Source: Mobula hypostoma (taxonomy: Eukaryota). From it: a DNA stretch of 64,000 nt. Both the position numbers and the translations under genes were made by a program. How positions within the stretch are numbered: the first letter of the stretch is position 1; the number at the start of each line of letters is the position of its first letter. Where the stretch lies: positions 201,688,001-201,752,000 of the forward strand of contig NC_086100.1 of the NCBI RefSeq assembly GCF_963921235.1. The letters are read 5' to 3'. The notes under the pieces are model-generated. The model did not search any database and had not been told where the DNA came from. It worked only from the letters and a program-made list of their open reading frames with translations. Below, one piece after another: positions 52,150-64,000 of this stretch.

Positions 52150-54010
52150 CTGTAACACAGAAACGAGCCCTTACATCTACACAATCCGTGCCGAATTGTT
52201 ATCCTGCCCACAACTGGGCTGGAGTCCTCCACAGCCCTCCCATCCATATACCCATCCAATTTTCTTATGGAAAAGTATGGAAACTGAACTCGCATCCACC
52301 CAACCCCCGTGGAAAAGTCCTCACCTATTCAGTCTTTTCTTCTTACTCAGGTCCTACACACCTGACGACATCCATGTGAGTTTTCTCTGTACTCTTTCAG
52401 CCTTGTATCTCTCCTTCAGGTAGGTGACCAAAACTGCACACAATATTCCAAATGAAGCCTCAGCGATGTCTTATACAACTTCAACAAAATAGCCCATTTT
52501 CTGTACTCCATACATGAGGAAGACAGCAGATGCTGGAAATTCAAAGCAGCTCACATAAAATACTGGAGGGAGGAACTCAGCAGATCGGGCAGCATCCATA
52601 GAAACAGGCAATGTTTTCGACACAACCCTGTACTCAATACTTTGATTTGTAAAGGCCAACGTGCCAAAAGCTTTTTTTATAACTATCTACCCACTTTGAA
52701 TGAATTATGGGTCTGTATTCCCAGATCTCTGTGTTCTACCACACTCCTCAGTGCCCTCCCATTCATTGTGTAAGACCTACCTGGTTGGTCCAACTGAAGC
52801 GCAACACCTCACACTTGTCTGCATTAAATTCCATCTGCCATTTTTCAGCCCATTTTCCCAGCTGGTGTAGATCCTTCTGCAAGCCAAAATAGATTTCCTT
52901 ACTGTCCACTGCACCCCCGACCTTGGTGTCACCTGCAGATTTGTGATCCAGTTAACCACATTCTCATCAAATCACTGATATAGATGACAAACGACAAAGC
53001 ACCCAGCATCGATCCCTGTGGCACTCCACTAATCACAGACCCCGAGTCAGAGAGGCAACCATCTACTACCGCTCTCTGGCTTCTCCCACAAAGCCAACAT
53101 CTAATCCAGTTTACTACTTCATCATGAATGCCAAGCAACTGAACCTTTTTACCAGCCTCCCATACAGGAACTTGTCAAATGCATTACTAAAGTCCATATA
53201 GACAACATCCACTGCCTTATCTTCATCCACTTTCCTGGTAATGTCCTCGAAAAGCTCTATAACATTGGTTAGACGTCACCTACCACGCACAAAGCCATGC
53301 TGACTCTCCCAATGCCTATCCAAATACTCATATATCTGGTCCCGACGAATACCTTCCAATAACTTTCCCACTACCGTTGTCAGGCTCACCTGCCAATAAT
53401 TTCCTGATTTATTTTTAGACCACTTCTTAAACAGCAGAACAACAATGACTACCCACCAATCCTCCGGTACCTCCCCTGTCACTAAGGATGATTTCAATAT
53501 CTCTGCTAGGGCCCTGCAGTCCCCGCACTTGCCTCCCGCAGGGTCCAGGGGAATAAGTTGTCAGGACCTAAGCATTTATCCACCCTAATTTGCCTCAAAT
53601 CAGCAAACACGTCCTCCTCTGTAATCTGTACCGGGTCCACGAAGTCGATGCTGCTTTACCTCACTCTGTGTCTGTCTCCTGAGTAAGTACAGATGCAAAA
53701 AAATTCATTTAAGATCTCCTCCATTTCTTTCTGCTCCACGCATGGATTACCATTCTGATCTTCCAGAGGATGGATTTTGCCCCTTGCAATCATTGTGCTC
53801 TTAACATATATGTAGAATCTGTGAGTATTCTCCTTCACCTTGTCTGCTAGAGCAACTTTGTGTCTTCTTTTAGCCCTTCTGATTTCTTTCATAAGTGTTC
53901 TCTTGCATTTCTTATACTCCATAAATACCTAATTTGTTCCTACTTGCCTATACCTGCCATTCACATCCATTTTTACTTAACCAGGTCCCCAATATCTCTT
54001 AAAAACCAAG
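52150..54010 (-). mobile_element. Decayed CR1 ORF2
   Basis: Motifs GEVPEDW, SQHGFVRGR and SGVPQGSMLG in broken frames. Confidence 0.8.
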
Positions 54011-54039
54011 CTACCCCAGATATTCTGTTTTATTCCGAC

Positions 54040-56795
54040 AGGCCTGCCAGATGCCAGGGTCCGGGATGTTTCAGATTGGGTCCACAATACCCTGCAGTGG
54101 GAGGGAGAACAGCCAGAGGTCGTGGTACATATTGGTACCAATGACATAGGTAGGAAAAGGGAGGAGGTCCTGAAAACAGACTACAGGGAGTTAGGAAGGA
54201 AGTTGAGAAGCAGGACCGCTAAAGTAGTAATCTCGGGATTGCTGCCTGTGCCACGTGACAGTGAGTATAGGAATAGAGTGAGGTGGAGGATAAATGCGTG
54301 GCTGAGGGATTGGAGCAGGGGGCAGGGATTCAGATTTCTGAATCATTGGGACTTCTTTTGGCACAGGTGTGACCTGTACAAAAAGGACGGGCTACACTTG
54401 AATCCCAGGGGACCAATATCCTGGTGGGGAGGCTATTGGGGAGGGTTTAAACCAGAATTGCTGAGGGGTGGGAACCGAACTAAAGAGACGGAGCAAGAGG
54501 CAGTTGGCTTACAAATGTATATATATATATATATATATATAGAGCCACCCTCAGACTAAACACAAAAGAAAACTAACCTCAAAGCCCTGGCAACCTGAGG
54601 CTTATAACTGCTAAGCCCCTCCCCCTAGATATATATATATATCGTTTTTTTTCCAGTCTTTGTTTTGTTTTGAGGTAAATAAAAGCACCTCAATCTGTCT
54701 TTGTGACTCAAGCCATCTGGTTATTTTTCTGAAACAATTGACCTACAGTTTTTTTGTGACAGGCTTTCAGACAGGAACTTGGAAGCATAAATTGGGAACA
54801 GATGTTCTCAGGGAAATGTACAGAAGAAATGTGGCAAATGTTCAGGGAATATTTGTGTGGAGTTCTGCATACATACGTTCCAATGAGACATGGAAAGGAT
54901 GGTAGGGTACAGGAACCATGGTGTACAAAGGCTGTGAAAATCTAGTCAAGAAGAAACGAAAAGCTTGTGAAAGGTTCAAAAAACTAGGTAATGATAGAGA
55001 TCCAGAAGATTATAAGGCTAGCAGAAAGGAGCTTAAGAATGAAATTAGGAGAGCCAGAAGGGACCATGAGAGGGCCTTGGCGGACAGGATTAAAGAAAAC
55101 CCCAAGGCATTCTACAAGTACGTGAAGAGCAAGAGGATAAGACGTGAAAGAATAGGACCAATCAAGTGTGACAGTGGAAAACTGTGTATAGAACCAGAAG
55201 AAATAGCAGAGGTACTTAATAAATACTTTGCTCCAGTATTCACTACAGAAAAGGATCTTGGCAATTGTAGGGATGACTTACAGTGAACTGAAAAGCTTGA
55301 GCATATAGACATCAAGAAAGAGGTTGTGCTGGAGCTTTTGGAAAGCATCAAGTTGGATAAGTGTCTGGGACCGGACAAGATGTACCCCAGGCTATTGTGG
55401 GAAGCGAGGGGGTAGAGATAGCCCAAGAAATTATAGACCAGTGAGTCTTACTTCAGTGGTTGGTAAGTTGATGGAGAAGATCCTGAGAGGCAGGATTTAT
55501 GAACATTTGGAGAGGTATAATATGATTAGGAATAGTCAGCATGGCTTTGTCAAGGGCAGGTCGTGTCTTACGAGCCTGATTGAATTTTTGAGGATGTGAC
55601 TAAACACATTGATGAAGGAAGAGCAGTAGATGTAGTGTATATCGATTTCAGCAAGGCATTTGATAAGATACCCCATGCAAGGCTTATTGAGAAAGTAAGG
55701 AGGCATGAGATCCAAGGGCACATTGCCTTGTGGATCCAGAACTGGCTTGTCCACTGAAGGCAAAGAGTGGTTGTAGACAGGTCATATTCTGCATGGAGGT
55801 CGGTGACCAGTGGTGTGCCTCAGGGATCTGTTCTGGGACCCTTACTCTTCGTGATTTTTATAAATGACCTGGATGAGGAAGTGGAGGGATGGGTTAGTAA
55901 GTTTGCTGATGACACAAAGGTTGGGGGTGTTGTGGATAGTGTGGAGGGCTGTCAGAGGTTACAGTGGGACATTGATAGGATGCAAAACTGGGCTGAGAAG
56001 TGGCAGATGGATTTCAACCCAGGTAAGTGTGAGGTGGTTCATTTTGGTAGGTCAAATATGATGACAGAATATAGTATTAATGGTAAGATTCTTAGCAGTG
56101 TGGAGGATCAGAGGGATCTTGGGGTCCAAGTCCATAGGACATACAAAGCAGCTGCGCAGGTTGACTCTGTGGTTAAGAAAGCATACGGTGTATTGGCCTT
56201 CATCAATCGTGGTTTTGAGTTTAAGAGCCAAGAGGTAATGTTACAGCTATATAGGACCCTGGTCAGACCCCACTTGGAGTACTGTGCTCAGTTCTGGTCG
56301 CCTCACTACAGGAAGGATGTGGAAACCATAGAAAGGGTGCAGAGGAGATTTATAAGGATGTTGCCTGGTTTGGGGAGCATGCCTTATGAGAATAGGTTGA
56401 GTGAACTCGGCCTTTTCTCCTTGGAGTGACAGAGGATGAAAGGTGACCTGATAGAGGTGTATAAGATGATGAGAGGCATTGACCGTGTGGATAGTCAGAG
56501 GCTGTTTCCCCAGGGCGCAGTTTTAATGTGCTTGGAAGCAGGTACAGAGGAGATATCAGGGTTAAGTTTTTTACACAGAGAGTGGTGAGTGCGTGGAATG
56601 GGCTGCCGGCGACAATAGTGGAGGCAGATACCATAGGGTATTTTAACAGACTCCTGGATAGGTACATGGAGCTTAGAAAAATAGAGGGCTATGGGTAACC
56701 CTAGGTAATTTGTAAGGTAAGGACATGTTTGGCACATCTTTGTGGGCCGAAGTGCCTGTATTGTGCTGCAGGTTTTCTTTATTTCTATGTTTCTA
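54040..56795 (+). mobile_element. CR1 (ORF1 end, deleted endonuclease, RT to 3' tail)
   Basis: Motifs VHIGTNDIGRK and IGPIKCDSG, a 220-aa RT ORF and a ttctatgtttcta tail. Confidence 0.88.
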
Positions 56796-56799
56796 CATA

Positions 56800-59480
56800 C
56801 AAACTTCATATTCTCAAAACTTCACTTTTGAAGGCCTCTCACTTACCAAGTATACTTTGGCCAGAAAACAGCCTGTCCCATCCACACTTGCCAGTTCCTT
56901 TGTGATACAATCAAAACTGGCCTTTCTCCAACTTTAAATCTCAACCCCCGGAGTAGAGTTCTCTTTTTCCATATTTACTTTGAAAATAGCGGCATTGTGG
57001 CCACTGGATGCAAAGTGTTCCCCTGCACAAACCTCTGTCACCAGCCCTGTCTCACTCCCTAAAAGCAGTATTGCACAGTCTCTCATTGGGACTTCTACAA
57101 ACTGATTAAGAAAACCTGCCTGAACATATTTGATAAACTTTATCCCATCTAGTCCTTTTACAGTATGGGACTCTCAGTCAATTTGCGGACATTTTTAAAT
57201 CATCTATTATAACAACCTTATGTTTCTTGCAACAGTCTGCAATTTCTCTACAAATTTGTTCCTCTAATCCCTAGGACTGTTGGGTGATCTGTATTGTAAC
57301 CCCATCAACATGGTCATACCTTTCTTATGTCTCAGTTCCACCCATAACGCCTCAGTAGATGAGTTCTGCAGCCTGTCCTGACTGAGCAGTGCTGTGACAT
57401 TTCCCCTGACTCGTAACACCACCCCTCCCTGTCTGTACACCGAAAACTACGGAACCCCAGAATTCCGGGTGTTGATCCACGCCCTGAGCTCATCCGCCTC
57501 TCCTACGGTACTTCTTGCATTGAAATATACGCAGCTCAGGACATTAGTCACCCCATGCTCAATCTTTTATTCCTGACTTTGTCTGAAGTCTTACCAATAT
57601 ATGTCTCCACAATCTTTCCACTAACTGTTCTGACACTCTGGTTCCCATTCCCCAGCAACTCTAGTTTAAACCCCACAATGCAGCATTAACAAACCTCCCC
57701 GCTACGATATCGGTCCCCCTCCAGTTCTGGTGCAAAACGTCCTTTCTGTACAAGTCCCATCTCCCCTGGATGGGAACACAGTGATCCAGAAACCTCATGC
57801 CCTTTCTCCTTCCCCACCTCCTTAGCCACGTGTTTAACTGTGTGATCTTCCTAATTCTGGCCTCACCCGTTTACATGGCATGGGTAGCAATCCTGAGATC
57901 AGAACCCTGCAGATTCTGCCCTTTGACTTAGCCCCGAATTCCTTGAATTCCCTATCATCACTCGTCCTACCCATGTCATTGGTACCTACGTAGACCTCAA
58001 CTTCTGGCTGTTCACCCTCCCACTTAAGAATGCTGAGGCCTCGATCTCGGACCCTAGCACCCCAGGAGGCAATGTAATATCCAGTACCTTTCTGACCCCT
58101 TCACTAATGAATCCCTATTACCACAGCGTGCCTCTTCTCCCTGCTTCCCTTCTTCGTCACAGAGTTAGGCTCAGAGCCAGTGACCCAACCACTGTGACTT
58201 TCCTCTGTTAGGTCACCCCCTGACAGTGTCCAAAGTGTTATTAGAAACATAGAAAACCTACAGCACAATACAGGCCTTTTGGCCCACAGAGTTGTGCAGA
58301 ACATGTCTCTACCTTAGAAATTACTAGGCTTACATATAGCACTCAATTTTACGAAGCTTCATGTACCTATCCAAAAGTCTCTTAAAAGACCCTATCGTAT
58401 CTGCCTCCACCACTGTTGCCGGCAGCCCATTCCATGCACTCACCACTCTCTGAGTAAAAAACTTACCTCTGACATTTCCTCTGTACCTACTCCCCAGCAC
58501 CTTAAACCTGTGTCCTCTTGTGGCAACCATTTCAGCCCTGGGAAAAAGCCTCTGACTATCCACACGATCAATGCCTGTTATCATCTTATACACCTCTATC
58601 ACGTCACCTCTCATCCTCCGTCGCTCCAAGGAGAAAAGGCCGGGTTCACTCAACCTATTTTCATAAGGCATGCTCCCCAATCCAGGCAACATCCTTGTAA
58701 ATCTCCTCTGCACCCTTTCTATGGTTTCCACATCCTTCCTGTAGTGAGGCAACCAGAACTGAGCACAGTACTCCAAGTGGGGTCTGACCAGGGTCCTATA
58801 TAGCTGCAACATTACCTCTCGGCTCTTAAACTCAATTCCACGATTGATGAAGGCCAGTACACCATATGCCTTCTTAACCACAGAGTCAACCTGCACAGCA
58901 GGTTTTGAGGGGGATGGCCACAGGTGTACTGTACTCTGCACTGACTCCTTAACTCCGTTCCCCTTCCTGACTGTCTTTCAGTTTCCTGTGTCCTGCACCT
59001 TGGGTGTAACTATCTCTCTATATGTCCCATCCATCACCCCTTCAGCCTCCTGAATGATCCAGAGTTCATCCAGTTCCAGCTCCAACTCCTTAAGCTGGAT
59101 TGTTAGAGGCTGCAGCTGGATGCTCTTCTCACAGTTGAAGTCATCAGGGGACATTGCTTTCCAACATCTGCAAGAGCAGCATTTCTCTATCCTGCCAGGT
59201 GCCTCTACTGTCCTCACTGAGCAGATATAAAGAAGGAAAAATAATAAATCAATTGTGGGAAAAAATTTACCTCCAGCTTTTCGCTTTCTCTCACTCAAGC
59301 CTTTCCTTGCTGAGGCCTGAAAGAGCTAGAATTCCCATCCAACAAAGGCTGTTACACTTGCCCCGCCTTACTTTAATTTACTCTTGCCAATGAATCCCCA
59401 TCACTGATTGGCCGCTGCTCATCACACCGAACTGCCACGAGTCAAAGGCTTGATACTCACTCAGCAAACCTGAGTGACTG
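56800..59480 (-). mobile_element. Decayed CR1 5' half with nested CR1 3' fragment (about 58241-58898)
   Basis: ORF1 remnant CCSC..LKELELELDELW and HAVVIG. The nested 203-aa RT C-terminus carries its own tail. Confidence 0.8.
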
Positions 59481-60201
59481 ACATCTTCTCACGCTTTGGA
59501 TCTCCAGTCGGCCACCACTCAAAACTGGTCCTGAGTGAATCACATCCTGTCACTTCCACTGTCCCAACAGCACAAATCAGTATACCTTCCCAGGTTCTCA
59601 ACTCCCCAGTTCTGGGATAAAGACTATGTATTCACCTTGCCTTGGCCTTCATGATCTAAGACAGTCTGCAGGATCAGCCCTCGTCCTCCTACACACCGAA
59701 GGAAAAGTTCTGACGTGCTCAGCATCTCTCTAAAACACAGTCTCCCAAGGCCCAACATCACCCTGTAAACCTCTGACAGTAGATTAACCCAAACTAAACA
59801 CAATATTGAAAATGTGGCCTTACCAAAATGGTGTACAATTCCAACAACCCAAATTCTAAATTCTTCAAAATCAGTGAAACAATGGCAAATAAGTCTGGAC
59901 CCTTCAAACACACCAACCCCTGTGGGACAACCTCAGGGGCCTGCCACCATCTCCCTCTACTCCGTCCTGCCAAACCAATTGTCCTGCTTTCCCTGGATAC
60001 CCTGTGATCTTACCACCATGAGCAGCCAAACATGTGAAAGCTTATCAAAATGCAATAAGCAGAGCCTAGACAGGCCAGAGTGACACTTCCCCTTCCCTCC
60101 ATCACCTCTCTCCATCAATTCCCCCTTCACTCACCAACACCTTCTCTCCATCACCTCCCCCTACACTCCCCTTCCCTCCGTCATATCCCAACAATCCCTG
60201 C

Positions 60202-61410
60202 TGTCATAACCATGGACTCAGCAATTGCGCTGGTGTATGTGAACGTGTCTCCAATCATCTCATTCTGATGGTATTTAACTCCATTCTTTTCGTTTATGCG
60301 GTTGTCTAGACTTGAGCAAAGCACAGCAATCTTTCGTTGCCTGTTTGCATTCGGCCTTGCCTGAGAAAATTGGACTGTCGAGTCAGCTGACTCTGAAGAC
60401 TAGCGGTATTCGTTTTATATTTAACTTTTCCTTGCAGGCACATTGTTGGCTTCGTTTTCCATTTGAAAGTTTTAGTTAACAGTCATGTTTGGCCAGAGTT
60501 TATTGTTTTCTTTTCCCTCTAACTCTGTTCGTATTAAAGTCTGTGAATTATTGACCTGCTTCAGTGTCTCTTGCTCCACACTTGGGCCATATCTGACGTA
60601 GTGGCAGCAACAGTTGACCACACAAAGATGGACCCAGCAGAGAGACAGCAGCTGAGCTTGGCTGAGAGATCCTTTGGTCAGGTAAGGAACAAGCTACAGG
60701 CAATGGAATCTGTTCTGAGTGAAGTTATGGAGGCAATGAGGCAGATAACCTCATGCTGACAAGCCCAGTCTCATTTGGAGGAACGGGTATCATCCCTAGC
60801 TGCAACGGTTGAACAGCTCACCGCAAACAGTCGGACTTGGGTGTCTGCGATTTCCGCTCTCACGGCCGCCGTCCACGAGCTCACTGTGGACATCCAACGT
60901 CAACTGACAACCGTTAACGTTCTCGCCAATGCAATTCAGCAGCCTCGGGCTGCGTCAGTCCCACTCACAGCACCTCACAGGTCCTCCTTTTCTACGGCCC
61001 TGACCATCTTTGCGACTAATGCTCCCACTCCCACTCCTCGACCAGAACTAACTCCCGCCTTCAGACCCCCACAGACTCCTGCATCTGTACAGGACCCGAG
61101 TATTCCACCACCAGGCAGATATTCTGGTGATCCCAATGGTTGCAGGAATTTTATTACCCAGTGTGAGCTGACATCCAGGCCCTGACTGGTCGATCTGATG
61201 ATGATGTGCAAAAACTGATGTACATAGCTAATCTTCTTAACGAACCTCCACTCAGCCTGTCCAACGCTTTACGGGAGCAAGGATACCCCGCAGCCCAGTG
61301 GTTCCAACATTTTGTGGCGGAGTTAAGGAGCATTTTTGATCTTCCAGTACAGGGTCAGGAGGGCTGCCCACCAACTCTTGGACCTGCACCAAGGAAGAGG
61401 AATGGCGAGA
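60202..61410 (+). mobile_element. Ty3/Gypsy (Sushi-like) element: 5' LTR (about 60202-60606) and decayed gag from ATG 60628
   Basis: The LTR candidate runs TGTCAT...GTGGCA with ATTAAA near its end. Gag starts MDPAE, has a coiled coil, then PPPGRYSGDPNGCRNFITQCEL and FVAELRSIFD. It has a stop at 60757 and frameshifts. Confidence 0.8.
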
Positions 61411-63240
61411 GATCCCCCCTCATCCTTCTGAATTCCAGTGGGTACAGACGCAGAGCCATCAAATGTTCCTCATATGATAACCCTTTCATTCCTGGAATCA
61501 TCCTTGTGAACCTCCCCTGGACCCTCTCCAATGCCAGCACATCTTTTCCAAGATGAGGGGCCCAAAACTGTTGACAATACTCAAGGTGAAGCCTCACCAG
61601 TGCCTTATAAAGCCTCAGCATCACATCCCTGCTCTGGTATTCTCGATCTCTTGAAATGAAACCTACAAGTTGACCTTCAGGGTGTCCTACACAAGGTCTC
61701 CCAACTCCCTCTGCGTCTCAGATTCCTGGATTTTCTCTCTATTTAGAAAATAGTCCCCATATTTATTTCTACTATGAAAGTGCACGACCATGAATTTTAC
61801 AACATTGTGTTTCATTTACCACTTTCTTGCCCATTCCCCCAATCTGTCTAAGTCATAATATGATTAGGAATAGTCAGCATGGCTTTGTCAAAGGCAGGTC
61901 GTGCCTTACGAGCCTGATTGAATTTTTTGAGGATGTGTCTAAACACATTGATGAAGGAAGAGCAGTAGATGTAGTGTATATCGATTTCAGCAAGGCATTT
62001 GATAAGGTACCCCATGCAAGGCTTATTGAGAAATTAAGGAGACATGGGATCCAAGGGGACATTGCTTTGTGAATCCAGAACTCGCTTGTCCACAGAAGGC
62101 AAAGAGTGATTATGGATGGGTCATATTCTACATGGAGGCCGGTGACCAGTGGTGTGCCTCAGGGATCTGTTCTGGGACCCCTACTCTTTGTGATTCTTAT
62201 AAATGACCTGGATGAGGAAGTGGAGGGTTGAGTTAGTAAATTTGCTGATGACACAAATGTTGGGTGTGTTGTGGATAGTGTTGAGGGCTGTCAGAGGTTA
62301 CAGCGGGACATTGATAGGATGCAAAACTGGGCTGAGAAGTGGCAGATGGAGTTCAACCCAGATAAGTGTGAGGTGGTTCATTTTGGTAGGTCAAATATGA
62401 TGGCAGAATATAGTATTAATATAGTAGTGTGGAGGATCAGAGGGATCTTGGGGTCCGAGTCCATAGGACACTCAAACCTGCTACGCAGGTTGATTCTGTG
62501 GTTAAGAAGGCATACGGTGTATTGGCCTTTATCAAATGTGGGATTGAGTTCAAGAACCAAGAAGTAATGTTGCAGCTATATAGGACCCTGGTCAGACCCC
62601 ACTTGGAGTACTGTGCTCAGTTCTGGTCGCCTCACAAGGGAAGGATGTGGAAAGCATAGAAATGGTGCAGAGGAGATTTACAAGGATGTTGCCTGGATTG
62701 GGGAGCATGCCTTATGAGAATAGGTTGAGTGAACCCGGCCTTTTCTCCTTGGAGTGATGGAGGATGAGAGGTGACCTGATAGAGGTGTATAAGATAATGA
62801 GAGGCATTGATCGTGTGGATAGTCAGAGGCTTTTTCTCAGGGCTGAAATGACTAGCACGAGAGGGCACAAGTTTAAGGTGCTTGGAAGTAGGTACAGAGG
62901 AGATGTCAGAGGTAAGTTTTTTACACAGAGAGTGGTGAGTGCGTGGAATGGGCTGTCTGCGGCAGTGGTGGAGGCGGAAACGATAGGGTTTTTTAAGAGA
63001 CTCCTGGATAGATACATGGAGCTTAGAAAAATAGAGGGCTACGGGAACCCTAGGTACTTCTAAAGTAAGGACATGTTTGGTACAGCTTTGTGGGCCGAAG
63101 GGCCTGTATTGTGCTGTAGGTTTTCTATGTTTCTAAGTCCCTCTGCATCCTACCTGTTTCCTCAATACTACCTGCCCCTCCACCAATCTTTGTATCATCC
63201 ACAAACCTGGCAACAAAGTGATCTATTCCATCATCTAAAT
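61411..63240. mobile_element. Minus-strand CR1 with nested plus-strand CR1 (about 61850-63135)
   Basis: RT motifs occur on both strands; the plus-strand copy ends with ttctatgtttcta. Confidence 0.85.
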
Positions 63241-63250
63241 CATTTATATA

Positions 63251-64000
63251 CAGTAGTGGTCACCAACCTTTTAAAGCCCAAGATCCCCTACCTCGACCTC
63301 AGTGAAAGGCAAGATCTACCTACTAAATTGTTTAGAGATAAAACAGCTCAGATTGTACTTCTAATTTGAGGCCTTTTATTTGGGCTAATTGTATTTGAAT
63401 TACACAAAATACTTTTGTCAAACTTTCAAATTAATTCAAAGAAGAAAACACTGTAACTAGCATATCAAACAGGCCATAGCTGTATTTCTTTAAGAATATT
63501 ACAATACTTCACACCTTTAATTCTAAGTTTCATTATTTAATTTTATTTCAACATGAAAAATATACGAATAAAAATTGACTGTTGCAGTCAGTGTGATGAC
63601 TGGGGCTGAATACTTATTGCTAGTTCCCTGAAATTTGGCTCATAACTACAGACAGCCAGTCTGAGACAGTCTGTGAGGTGTCTGTCAGTAAGTCTGCTCC
63701 TGTACTTAGATTTAATAATTTTCATCTGTGAAAATGCAATTTCACACAGATAAGTTGGCCCGAAGTAGGCACTGACTTTTAGTGCTATAAAACCAACGCG
63801 CACACCGTGCATTGCTCAGCCCCATCAGTAGTAATTGCCACCAGTTTATGAATGGGGTTGTCACTTTCACGGACATATTTTTTAAACTCATTGTAAATAT
63901 CCTCACCTCTCATTCTCTCCTTTAATTGCAAAAGAGTGAGGAAGTCCTCCTTTGTTGTAAAATCCTGGAAAGCCATTCTGACAAATACAACAAGCTGAGC
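63251..64000 (-). mobile_element. hAT (SPIN/Charlie-like) DNA transposon, internally deleted, running off the window
   Basis: Terminus agtggtcaccaacctttt. Motifs FG.TYLCE.AFS.MK.IKSKYRSRLTD..L..CLRLA (hAT dimerisation domain) and RGEDI..LVAITTDGA. Confidence 0.85.

Noticed and set aside
51780..52158. Non-repetitive stretch with a 93-aa minus-strand ORF
   Set aside because: No recognisable protein motif or convincing exon partner; cannot be supported as a gene.
1..64000. Prokaryotic-type systems (retron, CRISPR, DGR) suggested by many RT ORFs
   Set aside because: All RTs are eukaryotic LINE or Penelope types, in a spliced-gene context.

Overview
Eukaryotic, repeat-dense vertebrate DNA. A cartilaginous fish is likely, inferred from the CR1 density and HE1/V-type SINEs. 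The only host gene is MOGS (ER glucosidase I, GH63) on the + strand: three coding exons (8720-8940, 15278-15471, 32589-34332) splice in frame, and exon 1 lies upstream of the window. Most of the remainder is decayed, often nested transposons: many CR1 LINEs, Rex1/Babar LINEs, a Penelope-like element with many short end-copies, V-SINEs, a Hero-like RLE LINE, a solo LTR and a related LTR fragment, a Sushi-like Gypsy LTR+gag, a Tc1 element and a SPIN-like hAT. The most interesting signals are a hammerhead ribozyme fold reconstructable from the Penelope ends, a shared core between two LTRs, a five-layer nested insertion and a strong CTCF motif downstream of MOGS. I found no clearly new biological system. 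Repeat family calls come from recognised motifs rather than searches, and many repeat boundaries are approximate.
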